Source: Candidatus Poribacteria bacterium (lineage in GTDB: Bacteria; Poribacteria; WGA-4E; PCPOR2b). Taken from it: DNA of 64,000 bases. Shown one piece after another: positions 20,006 to 29,876 of the stretch. The notes under the pieces are model-generated. The model did not search any database and was not told the origin of the DNA. It saw only the letters and a list, made by a program, of their open reading frames with translations. The stretch is from positions 1,504,001 to 1,568,000 of the forward strand of contig OZ242351.1 of NCBI GenBank assembly GCA_965208675.1, given 5' to 3'. Made by a program: the position numbers and the translations under genes. Position 1 is the stretch's first letter, and the number at the start of each line of letters is the position of its first letter.

Positions 20006-21334
20006 ATGTCCGATACTCATCACCTGACGATACCCTCACCCCAACGCGTTGTCCTCGTTGGAGTAAAATTTAAAACGCAACTGAATAGTGATGTAGAGGA
20101 TTCGCTAGAGGAGTTGGGACAACTCGCGGAGACCGCCGGTTTTGAGGTGCTTCACAAAATTGTTCAGCCCAGAGATACACCGGATCCCGCTCATTTTATC
20201 GGGGCGGGGAAGCTAAAGGAATTGGGCGCATTGATGAGCGAAACGGGTGCGGATGCGGTCGTTTTCGATAATGAACTCACACCCGCGCAAACACGCAATA
20301 TTGAAAAGGCTTTGGACACAGTTGCCATCGACCGGACGAGCCTAATTCTGGATATCTTTGCGCAACGGGCACAGACGAAGGAAGCAAAACTACAAGTGGA
20401 GTTAGCCCAGTTACAATATGCCTTGCCGCGTCTGACTCGGATGTGGACCCATCTGTCCCGCTTGGCGACGGGCGGCGGCGGAAGTACGGCTGTCGGTGCA
20501 GGGCGTACCGGCGGCGCCGTCCGCGGTCCGGGCGAAACGCAGCTACAAATTGACCGAAACTTGATTCGTGCGCAGATACTACGCCTCCAGAAATCCTTGA
20601 AGGCGGTTGAAAAACAGCGCCGCGTTCAGCGAAGCAGCCGAAGCGAGATGATTAAAGTGTCGCTCGTAGGTTACACAAATGCCGGCAAGTCAACGCTCTT
20701 CAACGCGCTGACCGGTGAAAATCGGCTTGCTGAAAATCGGTTGTTCGCGACCCTCGATCCAACCACACGCGTCGTTGACTTACCCGACAATCGGCAAATC
20801 TTGTTGACAGATACTGTAGGATTCATCAAAAAACTTCCGCATCATCTTGTCGCTGCATTCAAAGCCACATTAGAGGAGGTTGCTGAAGCGGATTTGCTTC
20901 TTCACGTGGTTGATGGAATCCACCCCCAGGCGGAAGCTCAAGTCGCATCCGTGAACGACGTGCTCAAATCGTTGAACGCTAACGACATCCCCACAATTAT
21001 CCTACTGAATAAAAGCGACCTATCCGAAAATGAGGAACAACCGCAACTTCTCCGTTTCAAATATCCCGATAGCCTCCAAATTTCTGCACAGACAGGGGCT
21101 GGGCTTGAAAAACTGAAGACCGAGCTTGCCGACCGTTTCGCTTCCACGGACATTGACATGTCACTTCACCTCTCTTATCGTGACGGCAAGGCGCTAGACT
21201 ACTTGTATAAACACGGCGAGGTTTTTGAGGCGGATTATGGCGGCAACGCCATCCGAGTCCAGGCAAGGCTTCCGCACCGCTATCTGAAGGCGTTGAATCA
21301 GCTCGCGGCGCATTCAACGTTTGAGCTGCGATAA
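20006..21334 (+). CDS. hflX: GTPase HflX
   Basis: ILDIFAQRA, QVELAQL, RGPGE, GYTNAGKS, LFATLD, DTVGFI, NKSD; start placed at the ATG after AGGAG. Confidence 0.97.
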   Translation: MSDTHHLTIPSPQRVVLVGVKFKTQLNSDVEDSLEELGQLAETAGFEVLHKIVQPRDTPDPAHFIGAGKLKELGALMSETGADAVVFDNELTPAQTRNIEKALDTVAIDRTSLILDIFAQRAQTKEAKLQVELAQLQYALPRLTRMWTHLSRLATGGGGSTAVGAGRTGGAVRGPGETQLQIDRNLIRAQILRLQKSLKAVEKQRRVQRSSRSEMIKVSLVGYTNAGKSTLFNALTGENRLAENRLFATLDPTTRVVDLPDNRQILLTDTVGFIKKLPHHLVAAFKATLEEVAEADLLLHVVDGIHPQAEAQVASVNDVLKSLNANDIPTIILLNKSDLSENEEQPQLLRFKYPDSLQISAQTGAGLEKLKTELADRFASTDIDMSLHLSYRDGKALDYLYKHGEVFEADYGGNAIRVQARLPHRYLKALNQLAAHSTFELR

Positions 21335-21352
21335 ACAAAACAGGGACTTGAA

Positions 21353-23164
21353 TTGAATGGTGAAGTATTACTCAAATGGAATCCTTCCGCCAAAGGAAGG
21401 GACAATAACGCCCATCGGAAAGCGTTTAAACGATTGCTTCACGAAGGGAAACGCACATGGATTTTGTTCGATGCGCTGGCGAACCGGACTCGTTTCCACG
21501 TTAACTTTGTCGATCATACCTTTTCTCAAGCGGACGGTTCTGAGGCTATCCAGGCTTTACTCCGGCAGCTTCTCAGCGCTTCTCAAGGCTTTAACCGAAC
21601 CTACCTGCTCGCACAGGGCGGTGCCGAAGTTCCGTGCTACGATATAACGGAACATATCGGCAGTTGCCTGGCCGGCGATCTCACAGTCGCCGATAGGCTG
21701 AGAGGCCGCACCATTTTCCTCCTCCGTCAAACCGAAGTGCAGACGGAGGATCTTCTGTCCGTAGACGGCGTTTGCGCGCACGCGCACCGGATATTGCAGC
21801 CGTTCGTCCGCGAATTCGCCGAATACTTGGACAGAGCCGTTATCGGTTTTTGCTGTAACCTTCCGACCTTTCTGTCCCCGTTCCGAAGCGAACCGCAATC
21901 AATTCCTTGGAGCGTGGAACTTGTCAACCAACTCGAGACCGATGCCTCGGTAGAATTCCTCCGATTACTTCCGTTGATATTCCATGAAACGTACGACTCA
22001 GCGGCAATTCGTTGCCGTTATTGGGAGCATTTGACCCGACAGTTCGCAGAGGTTTGTATCGGCGGACTGAAAAAGTATTGCCGCGAGTTGAATCTACAAT
22101 TCGCAATAAATATTCCTGCGTCGGCGCGAGCGTTGGAAGCGGATGTTGGGGAATTACTCAACCACGCCGATCGCCCCATTTTCAGCCCTAAAAAGACGGA
22201 TCAGCCGTACCGATTCTTAATCTCCAAGTGGGCCGCCAGCGTGCCGAATATTGAACGCTCTGGGCAAATCAGCATCTGCGCACCGGACACAACCTCAAGT
22301 TTCGGTTCGGACCGACTCTCCTATGGCAGCGCGTTGGGATTCAATTCATGGATTTTGCCGGAAAACTCTTCAACCGCGCCAGAAGACACGTTAGTAAATC
22401 TGAACCGTTTCCTGTCAGTTGGTGTTCCGACAAGACCGATGCTCATGATTTCGCCGATTCACAGCCTCTGGACAAAACCCGATGGAAAAGTCTGGGATTG
22501 GATAAAAAAAGAGTGGAGTTGGCTGTGTCAAACCGTTTGGACTCTCGGATATGACTTCGATGTAGTCTCGGAAACGGAATTGACCGCGGCGGCGGTGCGT
22601 AAAGGTGCAATCCATTTTGATAAAACCGCTTACCCGCTCATCTTGCTCCCAACTTGCCTGTCGCTCCAGGAACGCACGGTGAATCTGTTGACGCAATTTG
22701 AAAATGCGCGCGGCAAGCTGATTGCCCTGCCTCCAGTGCCGTATTTGCTCAACGGCAGAATCGGCGTCGACCCCTATCCGCTCGAACGTTTGCTTTATCG
22801 GTGGCGCACATCCATTGTAACCGGTGAAACGACGAACGAAAAAACGGAAAGTCTCAAACGGCTGCTGCGAAAGTGGGTCAATCCGGCGATACAGGTTTAC
22901 CGGCGGCCCGATAATAATCCGACTAACTGCCTAGCGATTCATCACCGCCATTCGGACGATGTTGAACTGTTCTATCTTTACAACCGAGAAGAAATGCCGG
23001 TTGAGGTCCTCGTCGAGATTAATTGGGAGGCAGCTTCACTGGAAGAATGGAACGCTGCGACGGGTGAGCAGCATCATTTAGACTGTTGGCACGCCGACGC
23101 AAAAACGTACGCGACCCTATCCTTTGCACCCCAACGGGGTAGGCTTATTGCGACCGAAGTGTAA
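21353..23164 (+). CDS. Hypothetical protein, degenerate glycoside-hydrolase-like (GH106-type architecture)
   Basis: IPWS, RYW..LT..F, GYDFDVVSE, C-terminal YLYN...WNAATG; TTG start. Confidence 0.6.
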   Translation: MNGEVLLKWNPSAKGRDNNAHRKAFKRLLHEGKRTWILFDALANRTRFHVNFVDHTFSQADGSEAIQALLRQLLSASQGFNRTYLLAQGGAEVPCYDITEHIGSCLAGDLTVADRLRGRTIFLLRQTEVQTEDLLSVDGVCAHAHRILQPFVREFAEYLDRAVIGFCCNLPTFLSPFRSEPQSIPWSVELVNQLETDASVEFLRLLPLIFHETYDSAAIRCRYWEHLTRQFAEVCIGGLKKYCRELNLQFAINIPASARALEADVGELLNHADRPIFSPKKTDQPYRFLISKWAASVPNIERSGQISICAPDTTSSFGSDRLSYGSALGFNSWILPENSSTAPEDTLVNLNRFLSVGVPTRPMLMISPIHSLWTKPDGKVWDWIKKEWSWLCQTVWTLGYDFDVVSETELTAAAVRKGAIHFDKTAYPLILLPTCLSLQERTVNLLTQFENARGKLIALPPVPYLLNGRIGVDPYPLERLLYRWRTSIVTGETTNEKTESLKRLLRKWVNPAIQVYRRPDNNPTNCLAIHHRHSDDVELFYLYNREEMPVEVLVEINWEAASLEEWNAATGEQHHLDCWHADAKTYATLSFAPQRGRLIATEV

Positions 23165-23245
23165 TGCGTGAAGCGTGATGCAGGATATTGTGACATAATC
23201 TACTGTCAATGTGGATACCGTTGATTTTAAGGATATATCGCACAA

Positions 23246-23998
23246 ATGCTCAAAGAACTGAAAAAAAGCGAATGGCTTTCGCTGTTAAACATCCCTGAAG
23301 ACAGGATACCGACGGTTTTAGTGCTGCGCGGCACCCGGAACCTGAGACGCAATTATTACAAGCATCGTGCTTATTTTACGGATTGCTTTGAGATTGGCTC
23401 ACCAAACGGAATTTTCGAGGACGTGCTGATTGGTAAATATCAGGATACCGATGTCGGTTATGCATCTGTATACGGGGATTCAATGGCATCCGAAATCACG
23501 CATCTGTTCGGGGTGTTGGGGACGTCGGTCGTCATCCAGACCGGTTGTTGCGGCGCGCTGGTGGATTGGATTCAGCCTGGTGATATCGTCTGTGCAACAT
23601 CAGCGCATTGCGGAGAGGGGGCGGCACAATATTATTTTCCCCGTACACAAGAGATTGATGCATCACCCAACCTCGTTGACTTGCTTAAGACCGTATGGTT
23701 TGAGCCTGTTGCTTTACACAAAGGTACAATTTAGACGACATCCGCGCTGCTAGGAGAGGGAACACAGGAAGTTCAGAAATGGTCTCGCCAGGGCTATATC
23801 GCGGTGGACATGGAAACTGCGAGCACTTTCGCAGTTGCGGAATATTTTCAGATGGGTCATCAGTCGCTGCTGTTCGTTTTTGATAATCCCTGCCAAGGTG
23901 AGCACATTCTCTTGAACGATGTTGAAAAACAGGAGCGGAGAGCAATTGGGGAGCAGGTCATGATTGATGCAGCCTTAGGCATTATAGAAAGCTGCTAA
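23246..23998 (+). pseudogene. Nucleoside phosphorylase (PNP/UDP family) interrupted by an in-frame TAG at 23732-23734
   Basis: TGCCGAL and GEG motifs before the stop; the same frame continues GTI*TTSALL...AVDMETAS to TAA 23998. Confidence 0.85.
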
Positions 23999-24036
23999 TT
24001 TTAACTGTAAGATTTTTTCAAAGCACGGAGGGTTGA

Positions 24037-25254
24037 ATGGAAAGCCACACAGACACGATAATTGAAAAAACGGAATCGCATTTCTTTCCGGTGTTTAACA
24101 GAAGCCCCTTGGTCGTTGATAGAGCAAGCGGCTGTCTGGTTTGGGATGTTAACGGGAAGGAATATATTGACCTGACTTCGGGCTGGGGTGTGACGACGCT
24201 TGGGCACAGTTACCCGGCTTTGATTCAGGCGATATCAGAGCAGTTAGGAATGTGCATGCAAGCTCCAAACTGTAATCTGTCTTACACGATTCCTCAAGCT
24301 GAAGCCTCGGAACTGCTTTGTGAGATTTCACCACCTGAGCTCACAAGGGTCTTCTTTACGAACTGCGGCTCTGAAGCCGTCGAGGGTGCAATCAAGCTTG
24401 CCCGCCGTGCCAAAAAGAAGCCGGGATTCGTCGCATGCCGGAACGGCTTTCACGGCAGAACGCTGGGCGCCTCATCAGTCACAGGCCAGGAACGGTACAG
24501 AGCGCCGTTTGAGCCGTTATTGTCCGGGATGAAGTTCGTTAAATTCGGGAGTTGCGCGGCTATGGAAGCTGCCATTGATGAGGAAACAGCCGCAATTGTC
24601 GTAGAGCCGATACAGGGAGAAGGCGGTGTAAATGTACCGCCAGCCGGTTATCTGAAAGGTTTAAGGGAAATAGCTGATAGGCATGATATCCTGCTCATCT
24701 TCGACGAAATTCAGACCGGAATCGGCCGGACGGGAAAGATGTTCGGCGCCAACCACGAAGGCGTGACACCGGATATTCTCCTTTTGGGCAAATGCTTGGG
24801 CGGCGGATTTCCAGTCGGCGCTGTTGTTATCACTGAGGATGTCGCCGCAACAATCGAAAAGGGCGATCATGGGGGCACCTTTGCGGGCAATCCAATCGCG
24901 TGTGCTGCGGTTGTTTCCGTCATCCGAGAGTTGCTCGCGCATCGAATCCTTGAACATTGCCAAAAGGCGGGAGACATTGTAATAAACTCCCTGAGAGAGA
25001 TTCAACACACTACTTCGGACCGGATTGTGGACATTCGCGGCTGCGGACTCCTGATAGGGTGCGAGTTGTCGTCTGATGGACTGGCATCAGCCATTTCCAA
25101 GCGGTGTCTGGAGCAAGGGGTCATCGTCAACGTTGTGCACGGCAAAGTCCTTCGAATATTTCCCGCGTTGAATGTAGATTTTTCACTCTTGGAAAAAGGG
25201 ATGCAGACGATTGCAAATATTATGGGGTCTTCAGGGTTTAACGGGGAAATGTAA
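24037..25254 (+). CDS. argD: Class III aminotransferase (acetylornithine aminotransferase-like)
   Basis: FHGRT, EPIQGEGG, DEIQTGIGRTG, GKCLGGG, HGGTFAGNP. Confidence 0.88.
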   Translation: MESHTDTIIEKTESHFFPVFNRSPLVVDRASGCLVWDVNGKEYIDLTSGWGVTTLGHSYPALIQAISEQLGMCMQAPNCNLSYTIPQAEASELLCEISPPELTRVFFTNCGSEAVEGAIKLARRAKKKPGFVACRNGFHGRTLGASSVTGQERYRAPFEPLLSGMKFVKFGSCAAMEAAIDEETAAIVVEPIQGEGGVNVPPAGYLKGLREIADRHDILLIFDEIQTGIGRTGKMFGANHEGVTPDILLLGKCLGGGFPVGAVVITEDVAATIEKGDHGGTFAGNPIACAAVVSVIRELLAHRILEHCQKAGDIVINSLREIQHTTSDRIVDIRGCGLLIGCELSSDGLASAISKRCLEQGVIVNVVHGKVLRIFPALNVDFSLLEKGMQTIANIMGSSGFNGEM

Positions 25255-25295
25255 AATGCCGCATGACATAAAGGTCACCGCACAATCCTTCGTAT

Positions 25296-25521
25296 TACCC
25301 ACACGTAACATACCGCTCCACCGGAGCGGAAGAGGGTTGTGAAAGCTGTTTCTATAGATATGCCGCTCCGCTGGAGCGAAACCCTTCTAACCGCATTAAT
25401 CCCACATTAGCGAAGACTATCGCACTCACTATTCGTTCGCTTGATCACTCCAGAGGAGTGCAATGTCTATAGCTAAGATGTGTCCGCCTCGCACCCGCTC
25501 CAGCGGAGCGGTATGTGGGTA
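25296..25521. repeat. Cluster of four REP-like palindromes in inverted arrangement
   Basis: CCGCTCCACCGGAGCGG (25313), CCGCTCCGCTGGAGCG (25363), CACTCCAGAGGAGTG (25446), CCGCTCCAGCGGAGCGG (25495), with CTATAG and ACATAC/GTATGT flanks. Confidence 0.8.
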
Positions 25522-25682
25522 TTTGCGATAAATTGCTGTTTCTAGATATGCATGATACGCCCTCATTGAGATGTGGGTAATAGTAAGTCCACATTTTCGC
25601 ATGAGTTACGTGAGGAATTGCCTCTAACTCCGACTGGAAAGAACTGAAATGCCGATAACGGTACTTTTGAGCCTGGTGAACC

Positions 25683-26093
25683 GTGAAAGCCTATATCTCC
25701 ATTAAATTCCGTGAAGACAACAGCAACAAAGATTGTATTCAAAAAATCTCGTCTGCGCTTGAGCGAAACGGTTTTGAAACAGTATGTGTCGCCCGTGACA
25801 TTGAGAATTGGGGAGAAGCCGAATTTAGTCCCGCAGATTTGATGCAAAGGTCATTTGCTGCAATCGAGTCGAGTGACGTATTCGTGGTCGACTTGTCAGA
25901 AAAAGGGGTAGGATTGGGCATCGAAGCGGGTTACGCATACGCGGTGAAAATCCCGATTGTAGTCATTGCTAAAGCGGGTTCAGACATTTCAACGACGCTA
26001 AAGGGTATTTCCCAGAAACAGTTTTTGTACGAGACTTTCGATGATCTTGTTCAATTTTTTGAAGAATTGGAGATTCCCCATGTTCAGCAATGA
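25683..26093 (+). CDS. Nucleoside 2-deoxyribosyltransferase family protein
   Basis: KAYIS N-terminus, SDVFVVDL, GLGIEAGYA..KIPIV. Confidence 0.85.
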   Translation: MKAYISIKFREDNSNKDCIQKISSALERNGFETVCVARDIENWGEAEFSPADLMQRSFAAIESSDVFVVDLSEKGVGLGIEAGYAYAVKIPIVVIAKAGSDISTTLKGISQKQFLYETFDDLVQFFEELEIPHVQQ

Positions 26094-26167
26094 GTTCAGA
26101 CTAGGTTTAGCTGGGTGGCCACGCCTGTATCAAAACCGTCTCGTTGTCGATAAGGAGAACTTTGTTT

Positions 26168-28008
26168 ATGCCGCGACCAATTGCAGTTGATGAAGTTGTA
26201 TCATTTCCGTATGCGGGAATTGAGATTCGTGCTCTCTCGCCCGACTGCGATCTCTCAGCGGATGGCTTACGAGTTGCGTACACGCATCGGAATCAGATTC
26301 ATATCACCGATCTGCAAACATCAAAGACGTACGAACCATTCAAAGGAAGATTCCCAAAATGGTCACCCGTCCAACCCAACATGCTTGCATTCCTAAAGCC
26401 AGAGAATCCAGGCGCGTGGCTTAGATACCCCGATGGTACCGAGGGGCAGTTGGCAGGGAACGCGCAGGAAGTCAGTTTCTTGCAATGGTCATTTGACGGT
26501 AAGTTTATCGCCCTCATTGCGAATCGGGATCTAGAAATACAAAATGAAGACTCCGATGACGATATTGTTATCGTGCTTCCACCGCCGCTCACCGCTGTGA
26601 GTTCAATCGTAATTCTTCATGTAGAGACGGACGAAACCACCCTTCTTGTGGAATCAAGTCCGGGAGAATCCTACGAAGCGGTAACTTGGCATCCTGATGG
26701 CAATTGGCTGACTGTTCACTCAATAATAGAAAGACGAAACCAAGACGATTGGGATGAACGCCTTTTTGATATCGATCGAAGAACTGGAAATAGGTATGAC
26801 CGCATTGGCCCCGGCAAGAATGAGATAATTTCACCCTCATGGTCTCCGTGCGGAAAGTATTTGGCAATGGGCTACTCCCCATATAGCTATATTCATCCTG
26901 TACGTAATATGTGTGCCATTATGGAGAGAGATTCAAAGGAGGTTCGGATATTGGACGATGAATACTTCGTTAATTTCGTCTGCTGGGGACATGACAGCCG
27001 AAAAATATACTGTAGCGGCTTAAAAGGAATCAACCGCCATGTCTTCTCTGTCGATATACATACCGGAAGAAAAGAGGTGATAGTAGATCGAACCGGATGG
27101 ACTAACCTTGCGGGGATAAGCCGGGACGGGCGGAAGCTCTTGTCGGTATTTCATGGGCTATTAACGCTTCCGGACGCTTACCTCATCTCCCTTGATACTG
27201 GAGAGGAAAGGGCTGTCACTCAATTTAGCTGCCAACTCGCCGATTACGAGCTAGCCGATGCTTCCGTTGTCGAATGGGCGTCGTACGACGGTTTGGTTAT
27301 TCAAGGCTGCGTTGTTCCGCCGTTAGGCAAGCCGATGAGTCCAGAGAATCCTACCATCGTCGATTTGCATGGCGGACCGACTGAAGGCGGCGCGGCAATC
27401 TTCCACTACCATGAGTGGCATTGGTTGGCAGCGAATGGGTTTCAGTATTCGCGCCCGACTTTCGCGGGAGTCAACAGTATCGGTGGTGCGACCCGCCAAC
27501 TGAAGAGATGGACTATAGAGATGCCATGTGCGGCATCAACTGGTTGGCGTCTCAACAGATGTGCGACAAGGCGAGAATGGGAGTGCACGGCTATAGCTAT
27601 GGTGCTATACTTGGGGCTTACGCCATCGGGAAGTCAACGCTTTTTCGCGCCGCTGTCCTGTTAAATGGACTCTACGACTACCGTCTTTCTTGTGGGCTTG
27701 GCGGCCAAACACGGTGGGGATCAACTTGCGCTAAAGAGTTGGGAGGAGCGCCATGGGAGGTTCCAGATGTATACCAAGAACAATCTCCCATCAGCTACGT
27801 TGGCAACGTCGAAACTCCGGTTCTAATCCTTGTCGGGGAGAATGACGCCCGGCACGAAGCTGAACTGTATACTGCATACTTAAGAGCGCAAGGTAAAGAG
27901 GTTACCTGCGTGCTTTACAAAGGCGCGGGACATAGTCTCGGCAAAAAACACCGGAAGGATTATTACGAACGGACGTTACAGTGGTTCCGCAAGTATCTCG
28001 ACCCATGA
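26168..28008 (+). pseudogene. S9 family (prolyl oligopeptidase/DPP-like) peptidase, frameshifted near 27445
   Basis: Propeller plus HGGP in ORF 26144..27664; GYSYG, END and GAGH in ORF 27415..28008; one G is missing relative to the paralog at 29877. Confidence 0.88.
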
Positions 28009-28250
28009 ATCCAGCCAATCCGAAGTCGGCATTCCCCAATCACACCGTTACCAAATACCCCTAATCCACCGCTTCACTTGTCAAATTTCTACCATGTGAC
28101 GGAGATACGCCTTCGGTGTTTTTCGCCAAATAAGGATTGGGTTTTGATTTGGACGCCCGCATCTACATAAGAACAATGCGCCATACGTAAAATAGAGTAA
28201 CGCATGACACATAACGTCCAATTCCGAGGTTTTTCTTACGCATTGCGAAC

Positions 28251-29717
28251 GTTTCAATGCTTGCCCCGATGAAAAGGGGACTGAAAAATCTTCGCGGTTG
28301 AACAATGAGCGAAGATAGTTTTTCCTCATTCGATGTTGTGCCGCAACGGGACTTGCAAGTAGGGATAGTCAGCTATCAGGTGTTTTCAACCATTGCTCCG
28401 AACAAAAGGGCACTGAAGGTCGAAAATGTTAGAGGGCCCTCGGTGGCGATCATTTACTGGGTAAACCGCCATCAACCCGGAGAGTAGACTTTGAATTTTT
28501 GGGAAAACCAAAGGAGGTCTCCAACATTGGATGTTAGGACGTCTCATTTACAGACCCGATCAATCGTGAGCGGGGGTCCGTTAACACGGATGCGCGTGGT
28601 GATGATTTCGTCCCTGGTGAGGTTTGGTGTTCTGTTGTCCCTGCCGACACTGTTGGCTGGCGGAGCTCGATGGTGGTGGCCGCTGGAGCTCATGACGCAT
28701 TTTCGAGTCCACTACGCCTTGACGTTGGCGCCGCTGACCATCGCACTCGTAGTTGGCAAACGCTACTTGATGTCGATTCTGACAAGCGGTTGTCTGCTCT
28801 GGAATCTCTGGCTGATCGCGCCAGCCTATATTGAACTGCCTATCAGTTACAGCGAACCGGTCGTTTTGCGTCTCATGTCGGCCAACGTCCACACGGGTAA
28901 CCGGAACTACGAGCGGTTTCTGCGAGCGGTCCGGTCGGCGGCCCCGGACGTGTTGCTGGTGATGGAAATCGACCATCGCTGGAATCAAGCGATCGAGGCG
29001 TTGGAAGCTGACTACCCTCATCATCACCGCCACCCGCGGAGGGACAACTTTGGCATCGGCCTGTTCGCTAAGCTGCCGGTCCAATCACTGGATGTGCAAT
29101 TCGTAGGCACTGCCGACGTGCCGTCGATTCATGCACGCGTCGAAGTGGGCGATCAGACGGTGACTATTTTCGGTACCCATCCCCTACCGCCCACAAGTTG
29201 GCAGAATTCGGCGCTGCGCAACGAACAACTTCAGGCGATCGCGGATCTGGCAACGGCGACAGATGGCCTGCTGATTGTGATGGGCGACTTGAATGTCACC
29301 CCCTGGTCCCCCTACTTTCGCGACCTGCTAAGCCGTTCCACGCTCCGCGACTCGCGCCGTGGCTTTGGCATCCAACCCACCTGGCCAAGCCGGTACGGAC
29401 CTGGCGGCATACCGATTGATCATGTATTGGTGTCGAAGGAACTCTCGGTCATCAACAGGTGGGTCGGACCGCACATGGGCTCCGATCACCGAGCTGTGAT
29501 TGTGGATATAGGCGTCGCCCGTGGCGCCCCGTCCGGGGCGAATGACCCGCCGCAGACGGGGCAAGTGGCAAGTGTCGAGAGGAGTGATCGTTGAACTCAA
29601 AACGTTGTCCGCCTGTTTCAACCACTACCCCGATGAAAAGGGGCCTGAAAGGATTCTCGCGCCTAGAACCTAAATTCTCAGTTTCAACTCTTGCCCCGAT
29701 GAAAGGGAGTCTGAAAG
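28251..29717 (+). CRISPR. Degenerate orphan CRISPR-like array: four 37-bp repeats at 28251, 28383, 29615 and 29681
   Basis: Consensus GTTTCAACCMTTGCCCCGATGAAAAGGGGACTGAAAG with a CCCC/GGGG hairpin and CTGAAAG 3' handle; inter-repeat gaps of 95, 1195 and 29 bp; no cas genes in the window. Confidence 0.7.
28527..29594 (+). CDS. Membrane-anchored endonuclease/exonuclease/phosphatase (EEP, YafD-like) family protein
   Basis: Three N-terminal TM segments, SANV, ME, THP, MGDLN, PIDH, GSDH; AAAGGAGG precedes TTG 28527 (ORF track start 28491). Confidence 0.9.
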   Translation: MDVRTSHLQTRSIVSGGPLTRMRVVMISSLVRFGVLLSLPTLLAGGARWWWPLELMTHFRVHYALTLAPLTIALVVGKRYLMSILTSGCLLWNLWLIAPAYIELPISYSEPVVLRLMSANVHTGNRNYERFLRAVRSAAPDVLLVMEIDHRWNQAIEALEADYPHHHRHPRRDNFGIGLFAKLPVQSLDVQFVGTADVPSIHARVEVGDQTVTIFGTHPLPPTSWQNSALRNEQLQAIADLATATDGLLIVMGDLNVTPWSPYFRDLLSRSTLRDSRRGFGIQPTWPSRYGPGGIPIDHVLVSKELSVINRWVGPHMGSDHRAVIVDIGVARGAPSGANDPPQTGQVASVERSDR

Positions 29718-29876
29718 TTGGTAAAGCAGTTCGGATCTACGAGTCATTTTAGCCTCGTTTGATTTGCTATCACGCTCTGGCTACCGCCTCATAGCTGATA
29801 TTGAAAACGGTGTGTAGTAAGCGAACTCATACCAGTGTTGGATTTTTTCTTTCACGGTTAGATAAGGAGTTTGTTT

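Noticed and set aside
23732-23734. Pyrrolysine or genome-wide TAG recoding
   Set aside because: TAG acts as a normal stop in several genes here (e.g. sdhA, sdhB1, MFS, PhyH), and no pyl genes are seen.
28317-28360. A fifth CRISPR repeat at the expected 66-bp position
   Set aside because: Only GTTT and GGGACT resemble the consensus, with the wrong spacing, so it is not counted as a repeat.
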